A DNA stretch of 64,000 nt from Salinispira sp. (GTDB lineage: Bacteria; Spirochaetota; Spirochaetia; DSM-27196; Salinispiraceae). The stretch covers positions 3,456,001-3,520,000 of the forward strand of contig OZ271918.1 in the NCBI GenBank assembly GCA_965602015.1. The letters run 5' to 3'. Shown here piece after piece: positions 1 to 10,052 of this stretch. Position numbers and translations under genes: made by a program. The notes beneath the pieces are model-generated. The model worked only from the letters and a program-made list of their open reading frames with translations. It was not told the DNA's origin and made no database searches. Positions within the stretch are counted from its first letter, which is position 1, and every line of letters begins with the position of its first letter.

Positions 1-73
1 AGGGCAGGACAAGCAAACTCCATGCCAATAGGCGAATCAGGCTGAAGTGCTTGTTATGTAGCTCCTTTTTCAT
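1..73 (-). CDS. Partial CDS (5' end), probable exported protein
   Basis: ATG at 73 reads MKKELHNKHFSLIRLLAWSLLVLP..., which looks like a signal peptide and runs off the window edge. Confidence 0.45.
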   Translation of the reverse strand, partial: MKKELHNKHFSLIRLLAWSLLVLP

Positions 74-122
74 CAGCGCAACCTGTACTACTGACTTTTT
101 TTATTTCTGCTAATGGCAGCGC

Positions 123-677
123 TTATAAGTTAGTCAAATAATTCTCATTTTGGTTCTTAATTAAGTAATTGAGTACACTAGTTTCCCTTATGATCCAAGG
201 GAAGTTTCGATTTGCCCCCGGTTTCATTAGGGTTTTATTTTTCTGAAATGCATAGTTTGGTGATACCCATACAGGCACGATTTGGTACTCTTGTTCCATC
301 TTTGTCAGATTAACTTCATCGAATTTATCCATATATACTGTGCTCACATAGAAGTAAGAAATCATATGAAAATAATCATACTCCGGCAGAAACGATGTTC
401 TAAATTCCTCGGTGATTAACGCTAAATCGCGAATTTCCTCTATCCTATATCCCGTCTCTTCATTTATTTCACGAATCAATGTCATTTCATTTGTTTCGCC
501 TGATTCTTGGCCGCCACCAGGGAAACTGTATTCGCCAAATTTATTTGACTTGATTAAAAGCAATTTTGAATCAGATTTATCGAATATGATTCCACGGATG
601 CTTTTGTATGATGCTATTTTAATTTTCGAGTCATTCGGATCAGGGAAATCTACTTCCAAAAATGATAGTTTTTCCAC
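123..677 (-). CDS. NUDIX hydrolase
   Basis: Nudix box GGQESGETNEMTLIREINEETGY; GGAG RBS before GTG; visibly AT-rich. Confidence 0.85.
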   Translation of the reverse strand: MEKLSFLEVDFPDPNDSKIKIASYKSIRGIIFDKSDSKLLLIKSNKFGEYSFPGGGQESGETNEMTLIREINEETGYRIEEIRDLALITEEFRTSFLPEYDYFHMISYFYVSTVYMDKFDEVNLTKMEQEYQIVPVWVSPNYAFQKNKTLMKPGANRNFPWIIRETSVLNYLIKNQNENYLTNL

Positions 678-902
678 TAAGTCTCCCTGAGTCTACATAA
701 CAACCCACTTAAGCTTAAAACCATTGTTATTAGAATTGTATCATAACTCTGAAAGCTGAGAAAATGTAGATAAGTCTTGGCAGATATTTGGTTTTCTACT
801 TAAGTGCATCATAGAGATCGACAGAAAAAAAACTCACCGACCGGAAGGGATTTATATTGACCAGCAGTCTTCTTTTCAACACGTGAAGTTTACGCCTCCG
901 GC

Positions 903-2144
903 CTATCCCTCCCTCAATGCTTCCACGGGCTTTATCCTGCTGACCTTCCTTGCCGGCAGATAACTGGCCAGGGAGCTAATGAGCGAGGCGAACAGGAAAA
1001 CATAGAGCAGGGTTCCCGGGCTTACCAGGATGTGAAGGCGGGTTGAAAACTCCTCCCCGAATTCGCTCATGAAGGAATCGTAGAGGGGAATGCCGTTTCT
1101 CATGACGGGGATCGAAAGGACATAACCGAGCAGAGTTCCCGCAAGGGCGCCGATTATCCCTAGCATGGTCGCCTCGGTGAAAAATAGCCGGACGATTTGA
1201 CCGGGCTCCATTCCAAGGGCGCCCAGGGTTCCGATTTCCCGCTGGCGCTCGTAGACCGTCATAATCGTCGTGTTGATAATCACCGTACTGCCCAAAAGGA
1301 AAAAAATCGCCGCCATTACGCCGTAAATGATGTCCGCGAACACAATCATTGAGTAAAAGTCCGAAGCCTCGTTCCAGGGCGATATAGTCAGCTCCCCACG
1401 GTCTGACAGTTGCCGGCGCAGGTCCTCCGCCAAAACAGCCAGTTCATTTAAATCGCTGTCCTCTACGTCGCTGCGGATCAGAATCTCCATTACACCGTCG
1501 CCCGTGCGGACAATACGCTGCATCAGCTCCAGCGGTGCAAAGAACGTTTCCTGATTCATGCTAACGCCATCAAAATCCGCTATTCCGCTGACCGTCAGCG
1601 TAACGGCGTTGCTGCTTCTTCGGCGGGTTGCGAGCAAAAGGGTAATACTGTCCCCCAGCGATAGATCGAGTTTATCCGCAAGGGGCGCGGAAAACACCGC
1701 CTCACGGGCACCCGGGGTAGGAATTCTCCCCTCATTCACGAACTGTGCAAAACCGAGGAAATTTTCCTCGGCCGCGAAGTCAATCGCCATGCCGACTGCC
1801 GGAATTGTGCGGCCGTTCCGGTAGGCCATGGTCCCGAGGTGAAGCCGTGGGCTCAAGGCGATAATCCCCGGGGTACCTCTCAGAACCCTCTCCAGGGATT
1901 CAACATCTTCAACGAGGAACTCCAGGAGATTGCCCTCGCTGTCTTCATCAAAATTCTCATGACGGATTCTCAGATCTCCAGAAATATACGTCGTGAGATT
2001 TGTGCGGATGTCCTCCTTCATCCAGGCTATCAGACCCATCATAAAGACCATGACAATGGCGGTTACCGCAATGGCCGAAAGGGAGAGAATGCTTCGGCGC
2101 CGATTCCGGTGAAGATTTCTGAATGCGATGGTGGTCAGACGCAT
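903..2144 (-). CDS. ABC transporter permease, FtsX/LolE/MacB family
   Basis: N-terminal RNRRRS plus TM, large periplasmic loop, ERQREIGTLGALG motif, C-terminal PARK...PVEALR. Confidence 0.9.
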   Translation of the reverse strand: MRLTTIAFRNLHRNRRRSILSLSAIAVTAIVMVFMMGLIAWMKEDIRTNLTTYISGDLRIRHENFDEDSEGNLLEFLVEDVESLERVLRGTPGIIALSPRLHLGTMAYRNGRTIPAVGMAIDFAAEENFLGFAQFVNEGRIPTPGAREAVFSAPLADKLDLSLGDSITLLLATRRRSSNAVTLTVSGIADFDGVSMNQETFFAPLELMQRIVRTGDGVMEILIRSDVEDSDLNELAVLAEDLRRQLSDRGELTISPWNEASDFYSMIVFADIIYGVMAAIFFLLGSTVIINTTIMTVYERQREIGTLGALGMEPGQIVRLFFTEATMLGIIGALAGTLLGYVLSIPVMRNGIPLYDSFMSEFGEEFSTRLHILVSPGTLLYVFLFASLISSLASYLPARKVSRIKPVEALREG

Positions 2145-2153
2145 AATTTCCCC

Positions 2154-3398
2154 CTATTCAAAACGCAGGCAATCGACGATGCTGCGCTTTATGGCCCGCC
2201 GTGCGGGGATAATGGCAACCAGACCGGAAACCAGAATCCCCAGAATGAGTGACAGCAGCATGGTTTCCGGATTCCACAGACCCCGGAAGACCGGGTCGAA
2301 ACGAAATCCGACGGCAACATTTCCCATAAACGCGCTGAAATCCCAGCCCCGCTCCACCAGAAGCCAATTGGTCGGCAAGGAGAACACAATGCCGAACACT
2401 CCGCCCAGAAGCCCGATTCCAGAGGCTTCAAGAACCAGTGTGAGAAGGATCTTCCTGTCATCCATCCCTATGGCTCTGAGCATGCCGATCTCCCTGAACC
2501 GTTCATAGACTGCGTTGAGCATGGTATTCGATATGCCGACCATGGCGATAATAAAAATGAAAAACGTAAAGGCCTGGGTTTCCGCATTGGCTACGGTTAC
2601 CAGCTCGCTGGTCATCGGTTCGATATCTTCCCATGATTTTGCAACCAGCTCCGGCGGGAGCAGACTCTGAATCTGATTGCGGACTTCATTCTGATCGGTT
2701 CTCGGCGGGTAGCGCAGATTTATATCGGTCACCGTCCCGTTCATTTCCAGGGCCTGATCTGCCACATCGATGGGTATAAACGCCGAGTTCATGTCCACAT
2801 AGGGGTTCGGTGTGTCGATGATTCCCGCCACCGTCAGGTCGATGGTCTGAAATGCGCCGGCACGGGTCCTGGTCTTCACGAGGATTGGAAATCCCGGTTC
2901 GGCTCCGATGCGCTCGGCAATTTCCGCGCCGAGGACGATTTCCCACCGGCCGGGGCGGAGCCATTGTCCGCGGTCCAGGGATTCAGCAACCCTAAACACC
3001 TCCGCATCCAGGAGGGGGTCGACAGCTTTGAGCACGATATTGCTGCTTCCGTTATTCGGGAAGGGATCTTCATAGAACAGCAGCTCTGCACGGAAGTGGA
3101 TGCGTGGGGCGGCGGCCGGCGCCTCGTTCGTCAGCAGCGCAAGCAGCGGGGCGGGATTCTCAATCGACTCGTCGAGGGGATAAAACTCCCGGTCCTCCCA
3201 GTATTCCCGGGTGGTTACCCTCACGGTTGAGGTTTCATACTCTACCAGGTTAAATGTCTGGTCGTAGACCATGCCCTGAACCATGGAATCCATAAAGACA
3301 TAGGCCCAAATGCCCGCGGCTATGGAAATGGCGGTAATTACCGTGCGCTTTTTATGCCGAAGCAGATTTTTCAAAACCAGGGACAGGTAAAACCGCAT
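2154..3398 (-). CDS. ABC transporter permease, FtsX/LolE/MacB family
   Basis: ERFREIGMLRAIG motif, same architecture as its neighbour; ATG at 3398 follows AGGAG. Confidence 0.9.
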   Translation of the reverse strand: MRFYLSLVLKNLLRHKKRTVITAISIAAGIWAYVFMDSMVQGMVYDQTFNLVEYETSTVRVTTREYWEDREFYPLDESIENPAPLLALLTNEAPAAAPRIHFRAELLFYEDPFPNNGSSNIVLKAVDPLLDAEVFRVAESLDRGQWLRPGRWEIVLGAEIAERIGAEPGFPILVKTRTRAGAFQTIDLTVAGIIDTPNPYVDMNSAFIPIDVADQALEMNGTVTDINLRYPPRTDQNEVRNQIQSLLPPELVAKSWEDIEPMTSELVTVANAETQAFTFFIFIIAMVGISNTMLNAVYERFREIGMLRAIGMDDRKILLTLVLEASGIGLLGGVFGIVFSLPTNWLLVERGWDFSAFMGNVAVGFRFDPVFRGLWNPETMLLSLILGILVSGLVAIIPARRAIKRSIVDCLRFE

Positions 3399-3407
3399 AC
3401 GCACTCC

Positions 3408-3435
3408 TGTACTAAACGTCTAATACAATAGTACA
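3408..3435. promoter_or_regulatory. Palindromic operator, possibly YtrA/GntR-type
   Basis: TGTACTA-N6-TAATACA-A-TAGTACA directly upstream of the permease operon; shares geometry with 42854-42889. Confidence 0.55.
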
Positions 3436-3537
3436 CCTTGAGTCGCCTGAATACAAGACGCATCATCGATTTTCCGCAACTCTTGCCCGATGCTCTGTCA
3501 GGGTCTACATTACAGTATATGACAGAGGATTTGCGAA

Positions 3538-4218
3538 ATGCGACGCCATGATTGCTGTGTATTCTCCACTGATAATAAAGTTGAGGCCTCGGCAGTCCGG
3601 GATAAACTTGGAGATCGCGGCGTTGACGTTTCGGTGCGCATCGATACCCGTAGCGATCTGTTCGGCATCCGAACCATCGCCGGTCCTCAGGTCCTGCTCA
3701 GCGGTACATACCAGATCATGGTGGCGGAGACGGACCGCGATAAAGTCCTGGAAATCCTTCCGGATATTTTGGAAACCCTCGACCGGGAGAGTGAATACCT
3801 AATAAGCGACAGCCTGCCCCAGTACTTCTCACGTCCGGTACCCGCTGATGACGCGGATTTGGATCGGGACGACAGATGGTGGTTCCAACGGAGCCTTGCG
3901 CTCTCTTTGGTTCCCCTGCTGGGGTTCGGCTTTATCGCCTTCCTTCGGTATGGCCGGGGCATATCGGAGGCGAATAGAACGCTGAAACGTATCGCCCTCT
4001 TGTTTGCCCCAGCAATGCAGCTGCTGTACGCCGGTCTGCTGCTTCTTGCCAATCAGCTGCTTGGAAGACCCGGGCAGTGGTCCCTGCTGGTGGCGCTGAT
4101 TATCGGCATTCACTGCGCCACAGCGCTTATCTTCCTCTTTACACACAGGGGTGTACTGATTTCGGCCCTTGCTGCGGTACCGGGTTTGTTGATTCTGATT
4201 TTGTGGATGATTGTCTGA
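3538..4218 (+). CDS. Membrane protein with N-terminal DUF2007-like small domain
   Basis: N-terminal VEASAVRDKLGDRGVD...IMVAETD pattern, then about 4 TM helices. Confidence 0.6.
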   Translation: MRRHDCCVFSTDNKVEASAVRDKLGDRGVDVSVRIDTRSDLFGIRTIAGPQVLLSGTYQIMVAETDRDKVLEILPDILETLDRESEYLISDSLPQYFSRPVPADDADLDRDDRWWFQRSLALSLVPLLGFGFIAFLRYGRGISEANRTLKRIALLFAPAMQLLYAGLLLLANQLLGRPGQWSLLVALIIGIHCATALIFLFTHRGVLISALAAVPGLLILILWMIV

Positions 4219-4227
4219 GGAAACAGC

Positions 4228-5109
4228 TTAGCGGCGGAGTTTGGAGGACGCCGCCAGGTCCGCCAGGCGTTGTACAAAGGTGATGTAGTGCTCTCCCAGC
4301 TCCACCGAGTGTTCCCGCGAGACGGGAAATACGCCGATTTTTCTGCTTCCGCTTATGTGCTCCGTCCTCGCTATTTCAAGCTTTCTCCGATTCCGGCCCC
4401 AGTCGACCATCCCGGCAACCCAATGAGGCGCGAGATCGAAGGCCAGGGCAAACGAATGGTCCCGGCGAATCAGAAGCGGCAATTCCGCGACGACCGCATG
4501 TCCGGATTCAAGGTTGTCGGCACCGCCGCCCAGGTCAAGAGGCCTTCCCTTGATAAGAACCTGAGAATTCCTGGCCGGCCTGAGGAAATTGCAGCCCGCG
4601 ATTACCGGCGGCCGATCCCAGGGCAGTTCGTCAAAATCCTGTGCGTCTCCCGCCGGTTCCACGACGATCCCCTGCCAGGGTTGGAACCGGTCATCGCCGG
4701 GAACAAGATCTACCGGAAGTACGCCCGCCACCGGCGTGCCCAGATACACGTCGGAATCGCCGCAGAAACTGCCCCACCCGCCGAGCATCAAAAGGGGAGC
4801 CCCCCTGTGATGGGCCGAGGCGACTGCCGAGAGAAATGCCTCGCTGCCCTCGGGGGCGCCGTAATCGCTGAGGATGATGACATCGAAGCGCAGCAAATAG
4901 TCCGGGTCGCAATACTGATTCGGGGGAATTTCTCCACTGCAGACGTAATCGATTTCCCATCCTCCGTCGTGCAGCACTGCGCACACGTAACCGGCTGCGC
5001 GGTCAATGTCGTCATCTCCCGCATAAAGACAGCGCTTTTGGGTTTCCACCGCCGGATTGTTGCTCAACAGATCGACTTCTTCGATATTGCTGCCGTATAT
5101 GCGCTTCAT
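4228..5109 (-). CDS. Class I glutamine amidotransferase-like (DUF1355-type) protein
   Basis: FDVIILSDY, LLMLGGWGSF and LPV motifs. Confidence 0.65.
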   Translation of the reverse strand: MKRIYGSNIEEVDLLSNNPAVETQKRCLYAGDDDIDRAAGYVCAVLHDGGWEIDYVCSGEIPPNQYCDPDYLLRFDVIILSDYGAPEGSEAFLSAVASAHHRGAPLLMLGGWGSFCGDSDVYLGTPVAGVLPVDLVPGDDRFQPWQGIVVEPAGDAQDFDELPWDRPPVIAGCNFLRPARNSQVLIKGRPLDLGGGADNLESGHAVVAELPLLIRRDHSFALAFDLAPHWVAGMVDWGRNRRKLEIARTEHISGSRKIGVFPVSREHSVELGEHYITFVQRLADLAASSKLRR

Positions 5110-5188
5110 ACTATAGATAGTAGCGTATACCCCGAGGGACTGCCACTGTTACGGCGGCGACTGGGTTTTTATACAGGGCTCACAGATT

Positions 5189-5584
5189 TCATTTGCCATT
5201 TTCCGCCTCATCGAAGAGGGCTTTCACCATGTCGAGGAACTCGCCGCGCTTGAGCCCCAGCTGACAGGAGACCTCGATAATATCCCGCAGATCTTCTTCA
5301 ATAGACTCCTTGCGCACCCTTGCGATGGTATCGCTGTCGATGCTGCGGACGAACGATCCTTTTCCAGTTACGGTGTATATGAGACCATTGCGCTCCAGCA
5401 TTTCCCAGGCTTTTTTCACCGTTATGATGCTGACCCGGAATTCCTTTGCGGTTATCCTGATCGAGGGAAGCATGCTTTCGGTTTCCAGCTCGCCTTTGAT
5501 TATCTGGGAAGCTATCTGATCGTAGAGCTGTTGATAGATGGCCTTGTTCGATTGGTAATGAATCTGTACATTGAGCTTAGGTAT
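5189..5584 (-). CDS. GntR (YtrA-type) transcriptional regulator; start codon uncertain
   Basis: The frame stays open upstream of the track ATG (5473) through NVQIHYQSNKAIYQQLYDQI...GEL, then LPSIR...SIITVKKAW...GKGSFV; no ATG/GTG/TTG upstream, ATA at 5584 is a candidate. Confidence 0.8.
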   Translation of the reverse strand: MPKLNVQIHYQSNKAIYQQLYDQIASQIIKGELETESMLPSIRITAKEFRVSIITVKKAWEMLERNGLIYTVTGKGSFVRSIDSDTIARVRKESIEEDLRDIIEVSCQLGLKRGEFLDMVKALFDEAENGK

Positions 5585-6239
5585 AACGAATTAGTTCCGG
5601 TTCATCGGGCACCAGAAGTTCGGCCTCGGTGAGCCGGGTCACCTCTTCGAGACTGGTTTCCTCGGCAATTTCCCGCAGCACCAGGCCGTTCTGGTTGCAT
5701 TCAATCACCGCCAGCTCGGTTACGATGAGATCCGCCTGACCGCGGGCGGTAAGCGGCAGTGTGCAGCGCTCGCGGATTTTCGGCCGGCCGTGTTTGTCGC
5801 AGTGGCTACTGGCGATTATTACCTTTTTCGCACCGGCGCAGAGATCCATGGCGCCGCCCATTCCGGCGACCATTTTGCCCGGAATGATGTAATTGGCGAT
5901 GTTTCCCTGTCGATCGACTTCCAGAGCTCCGAGAACCGTCACGTCCAGGTGGCCGCCGCGGATAATGCCGAAACTGAAAGCCGAATCGAAAAATGCCGCG
6001 CCCGGCAGAACCGTGACCGCCTGGTTCCCCGCGTTAATAAGGTCGGAGTCCTCTTCGCCCGGGACCGGGCTTGGCCCCATGCCCACGAACCCGTTTTCCG
6101 ACTGGAGGATAATTTCCACTCCCTTCGGGAGGTAATTGGCCGCCAAGGTCGGCATGCCTATTCCGAGGTTTACCACCATGCCGTCCTCGAATTCCCGGGC
6201 GATGCGCCGGACGATTTTTTCCCTCAGCTCAATGCTCAT
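5577..6239 (-). CDS. atoA: 3-oxoacid (acetoacetate) CoA-transferase subunit B
   Basis: VNLGIGMPT, QSENG (catalytic Glu), GMGGAMDL, CTLPLT. Confidence 0.92.
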   Translation of the reverse strand: MSIELREKIVRRIAREFEDGMVVNLGIGMPTLAANYLPKGVEIILQSENGFVGMGPSPVPGEEDSDLINAGNQAVTVLPGAAFFDSAFSFGIIRGGHLDVTVLGALEVDRQGNIANYIIPGKMVAGMGGAMDLCAGAKKVIIASSHCDKHGRPKIRERCTLPLTARGQADLIVTELAVIECNQNGLVLREIAEETSLEEVTRLTEAELLVPDEPELIRYT

Positions 6240-6922
6240 CGCGGTCCCCCCTTAGAAGGCGTCAGTTCCTCTCTGGGAGCCAATACCAGGGCATCGATGA
6301 ATATCCCGGGAAGCATGACCGAGTCGGGATCAATGTGGCCGGTCTCGACGATTTCCTCCACTTCCGCAACCACATAATCCGCAGCAGTGGCCATGACCGG
6401 ATTAAAATTGCGGGCGGATTTGCTGAATACCAGATTACCCGAGGTATCGGCGGTTTGTGCCTTGATAAGCGCCGCATCGGCTCCGAGGGCGGTCTCGAGT
6501 ATGTAATCCGTTCCGCTGATGTTTTTGCGTTCCTTGCCTTCTTCTACGAGGGTTCCCACTCCCGTGGGCGTATAGAAGCCCCCGAGTCCTGCGCCTGCGC
6601 TCCGGATTCTTTCGGCAAGGGTTCCCTGGGGGACCAGTTCGACGGCGACCGTTCCGTCGTTCATCGCCGCTCCCATTTCAGGATTGAGGCCGATGTGGCT
6701 TGTAATGTAGCCGGAAATCTGACCGCTTCTGAGGAGTTTTCCCGCTCCGTTGCCGGGGGTTCCCGCATCGTTGCAGATTATCGTAAAGCCTCCTTTCCCC
6801 TGTGATACCAGCTCATCGACCAGATTCTGCGGCGTGCCAACGCACATGAATCCCCCGAGCATAATAGTCGAACCCTCTTTAATACGGGAAATTGCCTCGG
6901 CGGCCGACGTGATTTTGATCAT
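6236..6922 (-). CDS. atoD: 3-oxoacid (acetoacetate) CoA-transferase subunit A
   Basis: GGFMCVGTP, PQGTLAERIR..GAG, ARNFNP; ATGA overlap with subunit B. Confidence 0.92.
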   Translation of the reverse strand: MIKITSAAEAISRIKEGSTIMLGGFMCVGTPQNLVDELVSQGKGGFTIICNDAGTPGNGAGKLLRSGQISGYITSHIGLNPEMGAAMNDGTVAVELVPQGTLAERIRSAGAGLGGFYTPTGVGTLVEEGKERKNISGTDYILETALGADAALIKAQTADTSGNLVFSKSARNFNPVMATAADYVVAEVEEIVETGHIDPDSVMLPGIFIDALVLAPREELTPSKGGPR

Positions 6923-8184
6923 CCTATTTCCTCTCTGACGATGGCCAGGGCGCTTCGAACGGCGCGAATGCAGCGCTCCAGGTCTTCCCGGCTGTGGCGG
7001 TAGCAGATATAGCCGTGATGGTAGGGCTGTTGGAATATACCCTGGCGTATAAGCATGCTGTAAAACAGTTCGCGGCGGGCCTTGTATTTTTTATCAGGAT
7101 CTTTGCCGAAGGTGATAAATGACATGGGAGCAATCCCGCTTATTTCGACCAGCAAGTCCTCGTGGTAGCCGCCTTCCCTGATCACCTGCCGGATACCGTC
7201 CATGTAGTACGTGCCGTTCTGCCAGATAGACTCCAGAACTTGATCCCGCTCCATAATCTCGATGGTCTTGAGAGCAGCAATGTAGGAAAGGCTATTGGGA
7301 AAATAGGTGGAGGAAATAAACACCTCGCTTTCGCCCATGCTCATGATGTCTTTCCGTCCGCATACCGCGGCGATGGAATATCCGTTACCCATGGCCTTAC
7401 CAAACACCGACATGTGGGGTGTGACTCCGTATGTACGTTGGGCGCCGCCCATGGAGATGCGGAAGCCGCTGCGAATTTCATCGAAGATCAGCACGGCGCC
7501 GTATTCTTCTGCCAGCCGCTTTGCGCCATCCAGGAAACCCGGGGCAGGTTCTTCCATCTTCGCTCCCAGGGGATGACCGAATGGCGTCATGATTATGGCC
7601 GCCGTTTGACCGCCGTATTCCCGAAGCAGGGTCTCCAGCTCGTCCAGCCTGTTGTAGCCGAATTCGTGGACATCCTCATACAGCTTCCGGGGAATGCCGC
7701 CTTTTACTTCGACGCACCAGTCATGCCAGCCGTGATATCCGCATCGCAGTACTTTTACCCTATCGGTGTAGGCCCGGGCCAGGCGGATGGCGGTGGTGGT
7801 GGCATCGCTACCGGTTTTAACAAAGAGGCTCATCTGTGCAGAGGGAATCAGTTCGCGAAGTTTTTCAGCAAGGGTATTTTGCCAAGTTTGGGTCAGTGAG
7901 AAGCAAAAACCCCTGTCGCGGATTTGGGAGATTACCGCCTCATCCACCTCGCTTTCCCGGTAGCCCAGAATAATGGGGCCGTAGGCGCAGAGGAAATCCA
8001 CGTATTCATTGCCGTCGACATCGGTCACCCTTCCGCCCTTGCCTTCATGGAAAAACGACGGGTATTCGCCCTCAACGAAGTTGTACGGCCGCCGGATGCC
8101 CAATACGCCGCCGGGGATGAGGCTTCGGGCTCTTTCCAGTTCCTTTTCTGATATGCTGATGTTGAGTTTTCCAGGTTTTTCCAC
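6919..8184 (-). CDS. kat: 3-aminobutyryl-CoA aminotransferase (PLP class III)
   Basis: Class III motifs (FDEIRSGFR, FGKAMGNG); GIRRPYNF..GEYP, GYHGWHDWCVEVKGG and QPYHHGYICYRH match my recollection of Cloacimonas Kat; lies in a kam cluster that lacks kal. Confidence 0.85.
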   Translation of the reverse strand: MEKPGKLNISISEKELERARSLIPGGVLGIRRPYNFVEGEYPSFFHEGKGGRVTDVDGNEYVDFLCAYGPIILGYRESEVDEAVISQIRDRGFCFSLTQTWQNTLAEKLRELIPSAQMSLFVKTGSDATTTAIRLARAYTDRVKVLRCGYHGWHDWCVEVKGGIPRKLYEDVHEFGYNRLDELETLLREYGGQTAAIIMTPFGHPLGAKMEEPAPGFLDGAKRLAEEYGAVLIFDEIRSGFRISMGGAQRTYGVTPHMSVFGKAMGNGYSIAAVCGRKDIMSMGESEVFISSTYFPNSLSYIAALKTIEIMERDQVLESIWQNGTYYMDGIRQVIREGGYHEDLLVEISGIAPMSFITFGKDPDKKYKARRELFYSMLIRQGIFQQPYHHGYICYRHSREDLERCIRAVRSALAIVREEIG

Positions 8185-8232
8185 GAGTAAGTTCTCCTAC
8201 AGAGTCTGTTATGCTCGGTACCGGATACCAGC

Positions 8233-8248
8233 TGCAGATTCCATGCCA
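8233..8248 (-). promoter_or_regulatory. sigma54 -24/-12 promoter for kat-atoDA
   Basis: Minus strand TGGCATGGAATCTGCA (GG-N10-GC). Confidence 0.85.
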
Positions 8249-8331
8249 TTTCAACTCTGAATGGCAAATACGCTGATTTTCCATGGATAGCGCGTCTAAT
8301 CGAATCTGTGAGCAGAGATTGAGCCGTGATT

Positions 8332-8349
8332 TGAGTCGTTTATGACTCA
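8332..8349. promoter_or_regulatory. Enhancer (UAS) palindrome for the sigma54 activator
   Basis: TGAGTCG-TTTA-TGACTCA, about 85-100 bp upstream of the -24 element. Confidence 0.7.
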
Positions 8350-8376
8350 GTGAGGACTTGGAAGCTTGCCGTCGGA

Positions 8377-9903
8377 TCAGGTGCTGATTCCGTAGCGGGC
8401 GAGCTTCCGTACAACCGTGGACTGGCTGATGTTCAGGGCGCCGGCGATTTTCCGGGTGGATCCGTGTTGGAGCCAGGCGGCCTTGAGGATCGCGGATTCG
8501 ATTTCTTCGACCGCCTCATTCAGATCTGAAGGCAGATCTCCGTCGCCCTCCCAGTGGGCGGAGGAAACAGGTTTATCCTGGGAACCGACCTCTATATTTT
8601 CACCCTGGTCCGGACAGCCGGTGGTGATTCTGGCGGACACTCCGGCTGCCATGCCGGATAATCCCCGGCCGGTTTCTTCGCTCGTTTTCTCCCGGTAATA
8701 CGCGAGTATGTGATGTGGCAACTGAGTAAGATCCGCCCTCCCTTCATCGGCGAGCACCACCATTCTCTCAACGCTGTTTTCAAGCTCGCGGACATTTCCC
8801 GGCCATTCCCACAGTTCCAGGGCTCGAAGCACTTCCGGGGCAAAGTGAACCTCCCGGGAAAACCGGTGATTTAGTTCCTGTAAAAAATGCTGTATCAGCG
8901 GAATGACCGCAGCCCGCCGTTCGCGAAGGGGAGGTATACGCAAGGGTATAACGTTTAGTCGATAGTACAAATCCCGCCGGAATCTGCCCTGCTCGACCAG
9001 GGCTTCTAAATCCCGGTTCGTGGCCGCAATTACCCGGACGTCAATTTTTACGGGAACCCGTCCGCCAACCCGAAGGACTTCTTTCTCATGAAGAGCCCTC
9101 AGTAGTTTGACCTGTATATTCAGGCTCACGTCGCCGATTTCGTCGAGAAAGAGGGTGCCCCCCCGGGCAACCTCGAAGAGTCCGGGCTTGCCGCTTCGCT
9201 CGGCCCCGGTAAACGCGCCTTTTTCGTAGCCGAACAGCTCGCTTTCCAAAAGACTTTCGGGAATCGCGCTGCAGTTCGTCGCAATCAGGGGGGCCTGCTC
9301 ACCCCGTCCCGCCCGGTGAATTGCCCGTGCGACAATCTCCTTTCCGACCCCCGATTCGCCGGTAATGAGAACCGTGGAATCCACATCTGCCAGCTGCAGC
9401 GCGGTGCGCATAATCCGCTTCATTTCCGGGGAAACAATAATCACGTTGTCCATTTTTATCCGGTTGAGACGGAGCTGGAGCAACTCCATGCGGTAACGCT
9501 CCTTTTGCTCCACGCTTCTGGCCAAATCTTCTTTGAGGCTATTGAGGTCGGCCATGTCCCTCAGAGTGGTGACCACCCTGAGAATTTCCCCGTTTTGGTT
9601 AAAAACAGGAGTTCCGGTGAGCAAAACCTCCTTCCCGTTTTTCAGGGTTTCCATCATGCTCTGCTCTTTTCTGGTTTCCAATACTTGAAGGCTTACTGAC
9701 TTTTCGAAGACACCGCTTGACAGCAGTTCCCGCACATGGCGGTTTTTGATCTCAGACCCGGTAATGCCGGTTATCTGTTCGAATGCCCTGTTGACTCTCA
9801 GGGTTCGGCCTTCACCGTCGGTTACATATATCCCGTCACTCACCGAATCAAAAATAGATTGGTACTCTAACAGTATCTGGTGGTACTCTTCATTGGTCAT
9901 CAT
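8377..9903 (-). CDS. PAS-domain sigma54-dependent transcriptional activator (bEBP)
   Basis: PAS, Walker A GESGVGKE, ESELFG..GAFTGA, FLDEIG, WPGNVREL, C-terminal HTH. Confidence 0.95.
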   Translation of the reverse strand: MMTNEEYHQILLEYQSIFDSVSDGIYVTDGEGRTLRVNRAFEQITGITGSEIKNRHVRELLSSGVFEKSVSLQVLETRKEQSMMETLKNGKEVLLTGTPVFNQNGEILRVVTTLRDMADLNSLKEDLARSVEQKERYRMELLQLRLNRIKMDNVIIVSPEMKRIMRTALQLADVDSTVLITGESGVGKEIVARAIHRAGRGEQAPLIATNCSAIPESLLESELFGYEKGAFTGAERSGKPGLFEVARGGTLFLDEIGDVSLNIQVKLLRALHEKEVLRVGGRVPVKIDVRVIAATNRDLEALVEQGRFRRDLYYRLNVIPLRIPPLRERRAAVIPLIQHFLQELNHRFSREVHFAPEVLRALELWEWPGNVRELENSVERMVVLADEGRADLTQLPHHILAYYREKTSEETGRGLSGMAAGVSARITTGCPDQGENIEVGSQDKPVSSAHWEGDGDLPSDLNEAVEEIESAILKAAWLQHGSTRKIAGALNISQSTVVRKLARYGIST

Positions 9904-9940
9904 CAAACTCAGTATAAATCCGAACCATATTTAACTCAAA

Positions 9941-9958
9941 TGATTCATAATTGAATCG
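9941..9958. promoter_or_regulatory. Enhancer (UAS) palindrome upstream of kamD
   Basis: TGATTCA-TAAT-TGAATCG, resembles 8332-8349 and lies about 100 bp upstream of the -24 element. Confidence 0.7.
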
Positions 9959-10052
9959 ATTTCGTCGGAAAGAACTGGGATTTTCCTCCATACAGGGCTA
10001 AATATACAGAGGTTTGACGGCAGCAAGCCCGTCTCAGGACCAGGCAGATGGA

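Noticed and set aside
680..900. Integron attC site flanking the NUDIX gene
   Set aside because: No convincing RYYYAAC...GTTRRRY imperfect palindrome
5574..5584. Programmed +1 frameshift fusing AtoA to GntR at ACC TAA
   Set aside because: tRNA-Thr cannot re-pair at CCT, and there is no internal SD as in prfB
6919..8184. Annotation as hemL (GSA aminomutase)
   Set aside because: Motifs and context fit Kat better; no tetrapyrrole genes nearby
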